64,000 nt of DNA, from the sequence record LC727701.1; one strand, written 5' to 3'. Each line of letters begins with the position of its first letter. Within the stretch, counting starts at the first letter, position 1. Under the pieces are notes generated by a model. That model was not told the DNA's origin. It ran no database searches and was given only the letters and a program-made list of their open reading frames with translations. Made by a program: the position numbers and the translations under genes. Of this stretch, positions 28,259 through 42,268 are shown one piece after another.

Positions 28259-29773
28259 TTAACTAATTTGGTATTTTAAATTCTGATTACCGTTTAGAAC
28301 ATAAATCTTACCGTCATTATTAAACGTATTGGCAAAACCTGCATCCACTAAACCAGTTTCTAAATTACCTAAATTTATCCATCGTGCTAATCGTGGTTCA
28401 TAATACTTAATTGGTGCGTTATTTTGATTTTCACCAGCGATTACATAAAGTTCACCAGATGGGCGTATATTAATAGCTGCACCAAGAGGTATACCTGTAG
28501 TTATTGGTTTGGACCAATTATTGTTGGTTTGATTGTACGATATGATTCCAGTATTAACACCAGCACCAACCGTACCACCAATAACGCATACGCTATTATT
28601 ATAAATACTCACTGAATAATCTTGGGTATATTCCCCAGTATCATTAAATGCTGCACCACTGGTATATGTATCTGTAGTTGGATTGTACATTAATGTAAAT
28701 CCACGATTATTTGTTGCAGTTGTATCAGCTGCACCTAATATGTAGATTAACCCATTAAGACTAGTTCCACGTGCATACCGACAAGCTATCGTACCTGGTG
28801 ATTTTATTTCCCATGTATTAGTTGCAGGATCATAACACTGCATACCTTTAGTGAGTACACCATCTGTGGCACTTTCACCACCATAGAAATATACTTTACC
28901 ATTAAATGCAACAGCCGAGCATTGTTTAACTGCTATAGGCGTACCAGTTGGTTGTAATGTTGTTAACTTACCCGTGACTAAATTCAGTGTACGTAGAGCA
29001 GTATTAGCATTATTCTTACCACCGTAATAATAGACTAAGTTACCTATTTGGGCACCTGCTGCCATTTCGTTATCAGTTTCAAAATCAGTAAGTTTAATAA
29101 CATTATCTTTAACGAATGGATATGTACCACTAGCATAAACCACTGGACGCCAACCTTGGGTTGCAGCACCCGTTTCACTACTTGACGAGCTAGTTATATC
29201 AATCGCATAGTAGCCACGATAGAGCTGGTCATTAACTGGATCACTACCTGGGTCTCTTCCCCAGTTAGTAGTACCATCAGTGCTAATACCACCAGCGACC
29301 GCTTGGTTAATACCTAAGTCATTATCTGTAAATTTATAAGGCCAGTTAGCACCATTTAAATTAGATACGTGAACATTATAAAGTAACCTTTGCCATTCTG
29401 ATGTGGCACCAGCCATTGTTAATAAACCAAATTTATAAATGTTCCCCATAAATCTAACTTCATAGTCACCATTACGGAGTCCGGCATTATTAAGCCGTGA
29501 TTTTTGTATTGATTTACGAGCTGGTTTCTTTGGTATGTAACAAGTAACATTTTTATTAGAGAACTTTAACCATGGTTGTCCATCATTGATTACTGTTCCA
29601 AATGTCATATTAACTAATTTAGCTGCATCATCATAACCAAATAATTCTGAAGATGTTGTTTCACCATACAAACCTAATTCCCTTGTCCCAGCTATCAGTG
29701 TTTTAGGACCTGGATAAGGATCGGAATATATAGGCGTATTTGTTAGTCCAGAAGACAACAATAACTCAAACAT
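28259..29773 (-). CDS. Virion-associated protein gp83: phiKZ tail-associated paralog N-domain plus C-terminal Kelch beta-propeller
   Basis: N-terminal GPKTLIAG...GLYGE; six Kelch-like blades (VYYYGG, VYFYGG...YDPATNTW, IYILGA...YNPTTDTY, VCVIGG...YNQTNNNW, LYVIAG...YEPRLARW, IYVLNG). Confidence 0.75.
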   Translation of the reverse strand: MFELLLSSGLTNTPIYSDPYPGPKTLIAGTRELGLYGETTSSELFGYDDAAKLVNMTFGTVINDGQPWLKFSNKNVTCYIPKKPARKSIQKSRLNNAGLRNGDYEVRFMGNIYKFGLLTMAGATSEWQRLLYNVHVSNLNGANWPYKFTDNDLGINQAVAGGISTDGTTNWGRDPGSDPVNDQLYRGYYAIDITSSSSSETGAATQGWRPVVYASGTYPFVKDNVIKLTDFETDNEMAAGAQIGNLVYYYGGKNNANTALRTLNLVTGKLTTLQPTGTPIAVKQCSAVAFNGKVYFYGGESATDGVLTKGMQCYDPATNTWEIKSPGTIACRYARGTSLNGLIYILGAADTTATNNRGFTLMYNPTTDTYTSGAAFNDTGEYTQDYSVSIYNNSVCVIGGTVGAGVNTGIISYNQTNNNWSKPITTGIPLGAAINIRPSGELYVIAGENQNNAPIKYYEPRLARWINLGNLETGLVDAGFANTFNNDGKIYVLNGNQNLKYQIS

Positions 29774-29874
29774 TTTGTGTGCGCCTCTTTTATAATACGT
29801 AGTGCATAAGATTGAATTCTATACAACGCAGCCTTATCTTTATGATTATAAATTAATACTGGTAGAGATATAAA

Positions 29875-31116
29875 ATGCTACATACGATAGAAATCTCTAA
29901 TGAAGTGTTAGATGTGAATGTTAAGCGTGACTTAGGTCCATTGATCGAAGAACATCTAACCAAGATTCGTGATAAATTAGATAATCAACAGAGAATAGAT
30001 ATTAATGATTTTAGGTCACTGAGTGATGATGTTTCTAAGATCCTCAATATGAATATAGAGTTTACACACCTGGATGATCAGGGTATAATGGGTGGTGCAT
30101 ACACATCCTTTACAGTTGGACATACTGGTAGTAAATTTGACAATATTAATCGAGTTACTTTAGCAACTGAGCAAGGTGTCAATACATTCATTAATATTGA
30201 TTTAACAAATTTAAAAGTTACGGGTGAGGCTGTTTCAACTTTTAAATACAAGGTCGGTTTATCTATTGGTTTATTATCGGCTATTAACCGTGTTAGTATA
30301 GCAGAAGCTACTGCCATTACATTACATGAAATTGGGCATTGTTGGGAAACACTGGCTACAATGGGTGACTACGTCTATCTTAACTATGCACTTACTGAAG
30401 GTATACTTATCTTACAGGGTAGGAAAGCTAATAAGTATAAGATTCAATTATTGGATGAAACATGGTTAAAGAAAAACGTTGATCCAGCCGATTATGAGAA
30501 GTTTGCTAATGATAGGACTGAAGGAAATATTCGTAAAGTCATTCTATCATCATTTAAGAAAGCGCAACGCCCGCATTTAACTGGTGATGTTCAATCACGT
30601 AAACGCGATGAACAATTAGCTGATTTATTCGCCACTCGATTAGGTTATGGAAGGCCACTGGCAACGGCATTAACTAAATCAGGTCGGTATTATAATGACC
30701 GTGAATATAAATCTGTTTCTAGCCATATTACTGCTGAGGTATTCAAAGGTCTATTTATGATCATTGGTTTACCTGTTACGCTAGGTATCATTGCCGGTAA
30801 TTTAAAAGTTGGATATGATCCAATTAGTTCACGTTATGACAAACAACGACAACGTTTAATGAAAATTAAACAAGATCTAGTAGCACAACTTAAATGGGTA
30901 AAGGACTCATCACTAAAACCAGGAATTGATGATGACATTAAAGTAATTGATTCATTGATAAATGATTTAGCTAATGAGTGGACCATTTTTGATAAAATTT
31001 TAGATTTCCTTAGTCCCCAGCGTCGTAAAGATAAACGGGCTACTGAATTAGAAGATACTTTAGAAAGTCTATTAAATAATGACTTATTTGTAAGAGCCTA
31101 CCGCTTAACTAAATAG
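29875..31116 (+). CDS. Virion protein gp84 with a zincin HExxH motif (M48-like)
   Basis: TLHEIGH plus downstream EQLADLFATRLGYG. Confidence 0.7.
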   Translation: MLHTIEISNEVLDVNVKRDLGPLIEEHLTKIRDKLDNQQRIDINDFRSLSDDVSKILNMNIEFTHLDDQGIMGGAYTSFTVGHTGSKFDNINRVTLATEQGVNTFINIDLTNLKVTGEAVSTFKYKVGLSIGLLSAINRVSIAEATAITLHEIGHCWETLATMGDYVYLNYALTEGILILQGRKANKYKIQLLDETWLKKNVDPADYEKFANDRTEGNIRKVILSSFKKAQRPHLTGDVQSRKRDEQLADLFATRLGYGRPLATALTKSGRYYNDREYKSVSSHITAEVFKGLFMIIGLPVTLGIIAGNLKVGYDPISSRYDKQRQRLMKIKQDLVAQLKWVKDSSLKPGIDDDIKVIDSLINDLANEWTIFDKILDFLSPQRRKDKRATELEDTLESLLNNDLFVRAYRLTK

Positions 31117-31127
31117 AGAGAAAAATC

Positions 31128-31577
31128 ATGCAACAATTAGGTTTTGAACTTTCCCGTATTCTAAAGCAACTGCCTAACTTAGGTGGTTCTGATCGTAAAA
31201 CCCGCGCAATGCTCCTAGCTAATGCGGTGGCATTACAGATTCCATTTGAGATTTTACTTGATTTCAATGAACAACAGGATAAAGCTGTTGCTAAATTTAA
31301 GAAAATCTTAAGTAAAGTTAATGAGAATATTGCAGTTGATACTAAACTAGCCGTAACATATTTTAACAATATTCTTCGCATTCGCCAAAGTCTTATCAAC
31401 GGTATTACTGATCCATGTCTTGTCAAAGCTGTACTGACATCTGATACCGCTAATGATTATCTAACTGTCGATGATATCAATATTGTCTCTGCCGTTGTTA
31501 ATGGCCCAGATTATAACCGTATCCAAGCAGACATGGGTAATGCATTAAATCAATTAATCGGTAGTATTGATGAGTGA
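31128..31577 (+). CDS. Putative virion protein (gp85 position)
   Basis: 149-aa ORF in the structural operon. Confidence 0.65.
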   Translation: MQQLGFELSRILKQLPNLGGSDRKTRAMLLANAVALQIPFEILLDFNEQQDKAVAKFKKILSKVNENIAVDTKLAVTYFNNILRIRQSLINGITDPCLVKAVLTSDTANDYLTVDDINIVSAVVNGPDYNRIQADMGNALNQLIGSIDE

Positions 31578-32856
31578 GGTTAAACCCATGTCTCATGTTA
31601 AAGAAGTAGATGTCAAAGAGGAAAAACTTTTCTTTGATGAGAACCAACCAGAGATGGTTGAAGGCGAAGAAGAGACTGTTTCAAGTGCCTCGGCTCCTGA
31701 AATTTTAGCTAAGATGTGTGTAGCTGTCGAAGCGATTCATCAGCTATCTGATATTTATGCAATCACTAAACTTGAAGGCGTATCAAAACCAGATGTTGAT
31801 GGTATTCGAGCATTAGTTAAGCGCATGAGCACTGAAGGGTTTGAAGCTCCTAAGAAAGCAGTAGCTTCACTTGAGCAATATGCTTCTATGTTTACACCAA
31901 CCCGTAGTACTCTTAATGTGACTATTTCTCAAGAGGCAGTGATGGCTACCATCATTAATACTCTTAAGACTTGGTTTGAGAAACTAATGGAACTATTTGC
32001 TAAGCTGATGCGTTGGATTAGTGATTTTAAGAAGCGCGATGTTGTTGTAGCAACTCGTTATGGAAAGATTGTCCGGGCAGTTGATCAAGCACGTACTCTC
32101 TTTCAAGAGTTACTAGTTAAAAATCGATTAGGTAATCGAAAGGATGCGCTACTAGAAAAGTTTGATGCAATTGCACAATCAATCATTGATGATCCTAAAA
32201 TCCTAGCTAGTCGTGTATATGCTGCTGCATTTGGTAGTGTATACTACCAGAAAGAAATCATTAATATTAATAATGAAGCACGTACTGAACTAGGTACAAT
32301 GGAAAAGCTAGTTGGCACTATCATTGAATATGTTAATTACAATGGTGACGATTATCGTGCACTTATGCCTATCGCTAATATCCGTGAGATTGGTAAACTA
32401 GCTACCCGGTGCAATGAACTATCTACAGTGTATCCTGATCGTTCAAGCATTCCAGATTTCCCTGATAAGAATTTCTGGAAAAACTCACATCTGTTAAAAG
32501 ATCGTTTTGTCGCACCACTTGATGATTTGTTAAAAGCATATCGCAATAGCAGTGATACTCTACGTAAGTTAAAGCAACTATCACGTAATTATAGTCAAGA
32601 AACTATTGATGCTATTGGTGAGTCTGTTCAATTAATCAACACTTCCCTTGAAGGTATGCGTCGTATTACTGATACGATGTTTGAATATTCTCAAGCACAA
32701 TATCTAGCAGCTAGTTGCGTACTTAACTATTATGGTAAGTGTGCACAAGTAGTTAGTGAAGATTATAAGATCCATGGCTTCAATGATGCTATTCGCGAAT
32801 GGCAGCGTCGATTTGATAAAGTCATCGATGACTTTAAACGTGGTTATGCAATGTAA
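31567..32856 (+). CDS. Virion head protein gp86 (inner-body-like, probably processed)
   Basis: Acidic N-terminus; STE, SLE and ISQE motifs like the gp93-97 paralogs. Confidence 0.7.
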   Translation: MMSEVKPMSHVKEVDVKEEKLFFDENQPEMVEGEEETVSSASAPEILAKMCVAVEAIHQLSDIYAITKLEGVSKPDVDGIRALVKRMSTEGFEAPKKAVASLEQYASMFTPTRSTLNVTISQEAVMATIINTLKTWFEKLMELFAKLMRWISDFKKRDVVVATRYGKIVRAVDQARTLFQELLVKNRLGNRKDALLEKFDAIAQSIIDDPKILASRVYAAAFGSVYYQKEIININNEARTELGTMEKLVGTIIEYVNYNGDDYRALMPIANIREIGKLATRCNELSTVYPDRSSIPDFPDKNFWKNSHLLKDRFVAPLDDLLKAYRNSSDTLRKLKQLSRNYSQETIDAIGESVQLINTSLEGMRRITDTMFEYSQAQYLAASCVLNYYGKCAQVVSEDYKIHGFNDAIREWQRRFDKVIDDFKRGYAM

Positions 32857-32869
32857 AATACAACATAAT

Positions 32870-32889
32870 GCCCTCCCCTAGGGGAGGGC
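32870..32889. terminator. Bidirectional terminator
   Basis: GCCCTCCCC-TA-GGGGAGGGC between convergent stops. Confidence 0.75.
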
Positions 32890-32897
32890 TTATGACC

Positions 32898-36869
<3,972 letters not shown>

Positions 36870-36905
36870 TTATAACTCTCTGCAAACCCATATAGGAAGA
36901 GAAAA

Positions 36906-38069
36906 ATGCCATTACCTGTAATCGCCGGAGCAGTAAGTTCTGCTCTGATGACTGTTGCTGCTGATCAAGGTGTACGTGGTCTAATGCAGACTGTCCTACA
37001 AGCCACTAAAAATGGTGTAGAGATTTCTTCTCTAACCGATCTAGCACGTCCAACTCGTGTTGAACCATTGGTCATCGTAGACCAAACCTTAGTTGATCAA
37101 CCTTACATGAAAGACGTTATGAAATTTGTTTCATCGTCTTTTACTGGTTATTATCTACAAGCTGTTAATATGCTTCTAGGTGTGGATAAGATTGATACTT
37201 TAAAAGTATTCGATACTATTAATCCTAACCGTACAGGTGTAACTCGCACTAGTGTATTCTCTGCCGAAGAGTATTCTGATGGTCTTCCTTCATTAGAGTC
37301 TTTTGAGAAGCCTGTGCATTTACCAAATATCGTCGCTGAACACTCACATGAGCGTTGGGTAGCTTCAATGGAAGCGAATGACGAAAGTACAAGTGCACAA
37401 AGTATTTCTAGTGGTGATACACAAAAGATTTATGAAGTTGAAAACCTTGCCGTTGGTAAGCTGGTTAACGTTGATGTTAAATCAGGAAAGCAGAAAGCTA
37501 AAATTCCTGTTATGATCCGTTTAATTCCAGCCGCTGTTAGTCCTCAGATTATTGCGCACATCTTTAGTGCTGGTGGACGAGATACTTGGCTACATCGCCT
37601 ATTTCTAGTAAAAACTGGTCAAATTAAATTCTGGCGTGACTTCGTTCTAGGTCAAGATATGATCGATGAACATTATCGCATTCTAATGAATGATAAATCA
37701 GGTGTTTATAAACAAATCACCGATCGCCGCCGTAACAACTGGAAACAATCAGTTCGCAGTGGTACGGTTTCATTAGCAGATGCATCAAATATCGCGATTG
37801 TATCAACTTCAACTCTTAAAGCTGCTTCTAATTCTCTTTATGGTCGTATTGATGATTTCGCCACTCGGCAAAAGATCTTTGACAATAGCTATCTAATGAT
37901 GCTTGTTGTTATTGATGACCGTTATGAGCGAGTAACTATTTATCATCGTGGGGTTGATCTATCTACATCTCACCGACTTGATGAAATTAAAATGGCTGAA
38001 AAGAATAAAGGTCCGGATATCACTGAGATCTTTAAAATGATGAATAAAACCATGTCTACCAATATTTAA
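36906..38069 (+). CDS. Major inner-head virion protein gp89
   Basis: 387 aa with SLE/SME candidate protease sites; assigned by synteny. Confidence 0.7.
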   Translation: MPLPVIAGAVSSALMTVAADQGVRGLMQTVLQATKNGVEISSLTDLARPTRVEPLVIVDQTLVDQPYMKDVMKFVSSSFTGYYLQAVNMLLGVDKIDTLKVFDTINPNRTGVTRTSVFSAEEYSDGLPSLESFEKPVHLPNIVAEHSHERWVASMEANDESTSAQSISSGDTQKIYEVENLAVGKLVNVDVKSGKQKAKIPVMIRLIPAAVSPQIIAHIFSAGGRDTWLHRLFLVKTGQIKFWRDFVLGQDMIDEHYRILMNDKSGVYKQITDRRRNNWKQSVRSGTVSLADASNIAIVSTSTLKAASNSLYGRIDDFATRQKIFDNSYLMMLVVIDDRYERVTIYHRGVDLSTSHRLDEIKMAEKNKGPDITEIFKMMNKTMSTNI

Positions 38070-38076
38070 GGACTGA

Positions 38077-39009
38077 GTGATGAGAATTATTGATTATGTA
38101 CGTGAACTCGCACCAGTTACTGAACGTCGTGAACTATTAAATCAAATCCGTTCATTACGTGAAGAATATGATGCAACTCTCGCACCAATTATTGACGATG
38201 TAGGTGAAGTATTTGGTAATATGCAACTTAAATCAGATTTAGGTATGCGGTTATCTACTGAACTACGGCGAGCGATTAGTTTTAATACTGAACCGATTAA
38301 ACTAGTACTGGATACTCTTTCAAATATTCGTGGTAGCTTTGATATGATCGAAAGCGAAATCCGGCGTTTATTTGCTATTCAGTTTACTAACTCTAATCTA
38401 ACCTTTGACCGTGCAAACATGTTACGTTTTGTTGATGGTCTTAGTTTCTATATTCGTTATGGCCGTAAACTACTACTAAATCTAATTGCACAAGAAGCAA
38501 TGAAATTAGGTAAGGCTACAGAATTAAAATCATCTCGTGCTGAGAAAGAATGGCTATACACTAATATGGCGCAATTCATTACTCTGTATCCAGCAATGAG
38601 TCTTAAGACTAATGAACTGAAACAACGCTTAAGTCGTGCATCTAGTGCTGAAGTCAATGAAGGTACTTATGATGTAGCTGTGAGTGCTCTCTCTATAGCT
38701 CAACGTGATCCACTTAACATGGATGGCTTCTCACCTCGTCAGAACCCGTTCGTGCTATTTGGCAAGTTCTTAGCTGAGTATCAGGTTGAACGTTTTAAAG
38801 AAGCTGAGCAAGAATTCCTTGCACTTCAACTACGTTTACAAGAAATGCGGGAAATGCAAAGTAATGGTAAAGTGGATGCACGCCTACAGAAGCTTATTAA
38901 AGAGTATGAAATTCGTATCTCTGATTATAACTATCGCCTAGGTATGATCCAAGATCGCGCATCTGAGTTCTTTGCTAACCATCGTGATCTACTATCTCTT
39001 GGTCATTAA
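38077..39009 (+). CDS. Virion head protein gp90
   Basis: Helical ~310-aa ORF; assigned by synteny. Confidence 0.7.
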   Translation: MMRIIDYVRELAPVTERRELLNQIRSLREEYDATLAPIIDDVGEVFGNMQLKSDLGMRLSTELRRAISFNTEPIKLVLDTLSNIRGSFDMIESEIRRLFAIQFTNSNLTFDRANMLRFVDGLSFYIRYGRKLLLNLIAQEAMKLGKATELKSSRAEKEWLYTNMAQFITLYPAMSLKTNELKQRLSRASSAEVNEGTYDVAVSALSIAQRDPLNMDGFSPRQNPFVLFGKFLAEYQVERFKEAEQEFLALQLRLQEMREMQSNGKVDARLQKLIKEYEIRISDYNYRLGMIQDRASEFFANHRDLLSLGH

Positions 39010-39554
39010 TGGAGGGCATTGATATGCCAGCAACTAATGCTGTACGCCCATTTGGTCGTAATTACTCAGGTGGTCAACAACAGGCCATTTCACGGTTCAC
39101 TGCTCGTCCCGGTGATCCTCAAGTTGAAGAACTATATCTTATCTTTACCAACTTTCCTGCACAAACTGCATATTGGGAATTCCATAAGAAAGTTCTAGCT
39201 TGTGCTATTCGTCTTTTTAGCGGAAACTATAATTGGTTTATTCTACAGGACAATAATAGTAATATTGATAGTTATAATTATCAATTCCTATTAGATACTG
39301 TTCGATACATTGCTACGGGTCATCGACGTATTTCAATTACCCAATGGCCAATGTTACTAGCTACTGAACCAGATGCTGGTGCACAACTCATTGAACCGCG
39401 CGCTGAAATTGCTACTCTCTTTAATGAGTTAAAATTAGATCTAGATACTGTTTCAATGATCCAGAATTGGGTTAAACACAAAAACGGTATGAATGATCTA
39501 ATGTATACCCTACATCTACTATTTGGATCTGTAGAAGTAATAGATAAGGACTGA
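39009..39554 (+). CDS. Conserved hypothetical protein gp91
   Basis: TAATG-coupled 181-aa ORF (an alternative start is ATG 39024). Confidence 0.7.
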   Translation: MEGIDMPATNAVRPFGRNYSGGQQQAISRFTARPGDPQVEELYLIFTNFPAQTAYWEFHKKVLACAIRLFSGNYNWFILQDNNSNIDSYNYQFLLDTVRYIATGHRRISITQWPMLLATEPDAGAQLIEPRAEIATLFNELKLDLDTVSMIQNWVKHKNGMNDLMYTLHLLFGSVEVIDKD

Positions 39555-39563
39555 GGACTATCT

Positions 39564-40886
39564 ATGACTAATAATTCACTTAGTCATTCGGTCTTACTTG
39601 AATCAATCGACGGGGACAGCCCCGTCGATATGATCGCTACATGCGATGGATATCTAAAAGAATTATTGCCATCAATTGAAGATATTCAAAGTAGATTAGA
39701 ATGCACTGAAAAAGACATTTTAGTTAAAACCTATACCGATGGCTTATTTCAAAAATATGCAGATAACCAAGATGTTGTTAGTGAACACATTCTAAAAACT
39801 GAGAATGTGTCATTAGAAGACCTATCTAAGACAGCACGAAATACCTGGGATGAAATGAAAAAATCCCAAGCAAAGCATCGAGATGAGTTAAAAGAGTATG
39901 CACGTGTTATTACACAAGGTAATCAACGTACTCTTGAACGAATAAACATGCTTTTAGAAAGAGCTGAAAATATTAAGCATGAGCCATTTAAGCAAGAATT
40001 AAAATTTAAAAATACTAAACGATTTAGTATTGATGGTAAATTCGAACCGACTACAGTTGATCCGATACTCATGCAAGTTAACAACTTGATAGCTTTCTAT
40101 GATAAATCCCTACTCTTGTATATCCAATCTGTAGCGGATATCCTTAGGAAATTATCATTTGATGAAAAATGGACTGATAGAGCTGCACAAGACTTTAGTA
40201 AGTTTAATGTTAAGAACTGGATGAAGGGTGCAGTACCTATTAAGAAAGATGATAGATTTAGAGTAAGTTCTACAGTTTATCGTAGTATGCCAGTTCAAGG
40301 TAATAAGACTTTATTTGGCGCAGGGCCAACTGAAACACAGACTGAAGAGATCAGGGATTGGGATTTTTTAGTAAATACTGTCCGTGATTTTGCCTTTAAG
40401 TTTTATACTATTCCTACTATGAAGGATGCACCTGAAGGTAACAATACCTTTAAGGTTAATGATACGAGTTCAATTGGAAGACGGTTAGTATTATTAAGCG
40501 AAATGGCTAAACGTATAGATGCTAGAAAAGATTATGCAACTAAACTAGATTTTGAATTTGGTAGGTTAATGCAGTTAGCCGAGACTAATCGTCAACAAGC
40601 TGGTAGGATTCGGGCACAACAATCTAATATGCGAAATCGTCAAGCAAAAGTTCAAGATCCGGATGCACCTGATGGCATCCCTGCTATCTCAAATATAATT
40701 AATTCAATTACATTAATGATCAATAATGTAAGTCGCGTTGTAACAGATTTTAGTAATGCTCTTGCTGGTTTAGTCAGAGTAATGGGTCGACTAGTATTCG
40801 TGACCGAGTTAGAATTAAAAGCTTACCAGCGTCCAATTCAAAGACCTACGCAAGAACAAGTAAATAATCCCTCCCAGGTAAGGTAA
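39564..40886 (+). CDS. Virion head protein gp92 (inner-body paralog)
   Basis: VSLED site after an acidic N-terminal region. Confidence 0.7.
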   Translation: MTNNSLSHSVLLESIDGDSPVDMIATCDGYLKELLPSIEDIQSRLECTEKDILVKTYTDGLFQKYADNQDVVSEHILKTENVSLEDLSKTARNTWDEMKKSQAKHRDELKEYARVITQGNQRTLERINMLLERAENIKHEPFKQELKFKNTKRFSIDGKFEPTTVDPILMQVNNLIAFYDKSLLLYIQSVADILRKLSFDEKWTDRAAQDFSKFNVKNWMKGAVPIKKDDRFRVSSTVYRSMPVQGNKTLFGAGPTETQTEEIRDWDFLVNTVRDFAFKFYTIPTMKDAPEGNNTFKVNDTSSIGRRLVLLSEMAKRIDARKDYATKLDFEFGRLMQLAETNRQQAGRIRAQQSNMRNRQAKVQDPDAPDGIPAISNIINSITLMINNVSRVVTDFSNALAGLVRVMGRLVFVTELELKAYQRPIQRPTQEQVNNPSQVR

Positions 40887-40891
40887 TTAAC

Positions 40892-42199
40892 ATGTCTCTA
40901 CTTAAAATGCTAGACAAACTATCACTTGAATCAATTGAAGATCAAGGCACTACGATTCATGGTGATGTTGAATTAGTCGTTGAAAATGAAACTTCTGCTG
41001 ATGTATCATCCGTTTTAGCAGAAGTAGATCAGATTGAGAATAATCCCGTAGAAGAAGTTCTTGATGCAGATGATGCTGTTCAACCCACTGCATTAGATAC
41101 TGAAGTGACTATTGTTCAAGCTGAAGATGAATTAGGGCTAATTGAAGATGCTAAAGAAGCACTTGAAAAGTTCCAAGGTCTTTTACTTCAAGCTGGTGAA
41201 GATGGTATCTCTCGACAAGCAGCTGCCTTCATGCATGTTGGCATGGAATCAATCGATCGTATCCTAGGTATTGAAAAATCTGGACTCACTGCCGCGCTTG
41301 AGAATTACGATGCTTCTCCACGCAGCGCTATTCAGAAAGCAGCTGTTATCTCTCTTGAGGATCTCAAAGAGAAACTAAAAGAAGCAGGTAAGAAAGCTTT
41401 AGAGATTATCAAGAAAATTGTTGCAATGATAAAGCAGAAGATTAAAGATTTTAATCCTAAGCTGATTGCACTCGATATGCGTATTACTAAAACTATTGAT
41501 GCTATTAAATCACTCAAAGCCGGTGATCTAAAGAAAGAAGAGATTAAGTTCACTCCTTCTGAGTATATGGTATCTAGTAGTGGCTTTATTGCAAATAATC
41601 CGAAGACTATTGCAGACTTCATGACTGTATTCTCAACTCAGTATGTATCTGCTCTTAGGAAATATGGCGAACTTGGAGTACGTTATCTCAAAGGTGACAA
41701 GTCTATTGATATTGATCAAGTCACCAGTGATTTACAAGCTAAGATGGCTGAAGATATTAATAAAGCCGTTGAGAAAGCTCCTGGTAATGTTAAGTTAGAA
41801 GTTACTTCTTCTAAGTCAGGTGTGAATAAGTGGGAAGTTGTTGAGGGTGATGGGGAAACGGATCTACATGAAGTTGAAGTTGATGTCCGTGCACCGAGTA
41901 AAATCTTAGCACATCTTAATATTCTTAAAGGTCTTGTTATTAAACTACAGGACTTTAATAAGATTGATTACAAGATTGCTGAGAATCTTGAAAAGGCCCT
42001 AGCTGATTGGAATCCTGACGAAGCAGGCATGTCAAAAGAAACAGCGCGTGATGCACTGAATATTGGTGGTATTGATAATAGTGCACTAGTTAACTATATT
42101 GCTAAATGCATCGCTGCGCAGTATACATTTATTGTTAAACATGAATTAGCTGCGTACGGCAAAGAAACTTCTAAAGCACCTGAGAATGATGAGAAGTAA
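40892..42199 (+). CDS. Inner-body protein gp93
   Basis: Acidic propeptide; AG..GI..Q.AAFMH...ISLED paralog motif. Confidence 0.8.
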   Translation: MSLLKMLDKLSLESIEDQGTTIHGDVELVVENETSADVSSVLAEVDQIENNPVEEVLDADDAVQPTALDTEVTIVQAEDELGLIEDAKEALEKFQGLLLQAGEDGISRQAAAFMHVGMESIDRILGIEKSGLTAALENYDASPRSAIQKAAVISLEDLKEKLKEAGKKALEIIKKIVAMIKQKIKDFNPKLIALDMRITKTIDAIKSLKAGDLKKEEIKFTPSEYMVSSSGFIANNPKTIADFMTVFSTQYVSALRKYGELGVRYLKGDKSIDIDQVTSDLQAKMAEDINKAVEKAPGNVKLEVTSSKSGVNKWEVVEGDGETDLHEVEVDVRAPSKILAHLNILKGLVIKLQDFNKIDYKIAENLEKALADWNPDEAGMSKETARDALNIGGIDNSALVNYIAKCIAAQYTFIVKHELAAYGKETSKAPENDEK

Positions 42200-42209
42200 C
42201 AAACATAAT

Positions 42210-42231
42210 GAGGAACCCTTCGGGGTTCCTC
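42210..42231 (+). terminator. Terminator-like hairpin after gp93
   Basis: GAGGAACCC-TTCG-GGGTTCCTC, followed by TTATG. Confidence 0.65.
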
Positions 42232-42268
42232 TTATGCTATGTAATTAAGTATTCTTGAGGAATTGTAA

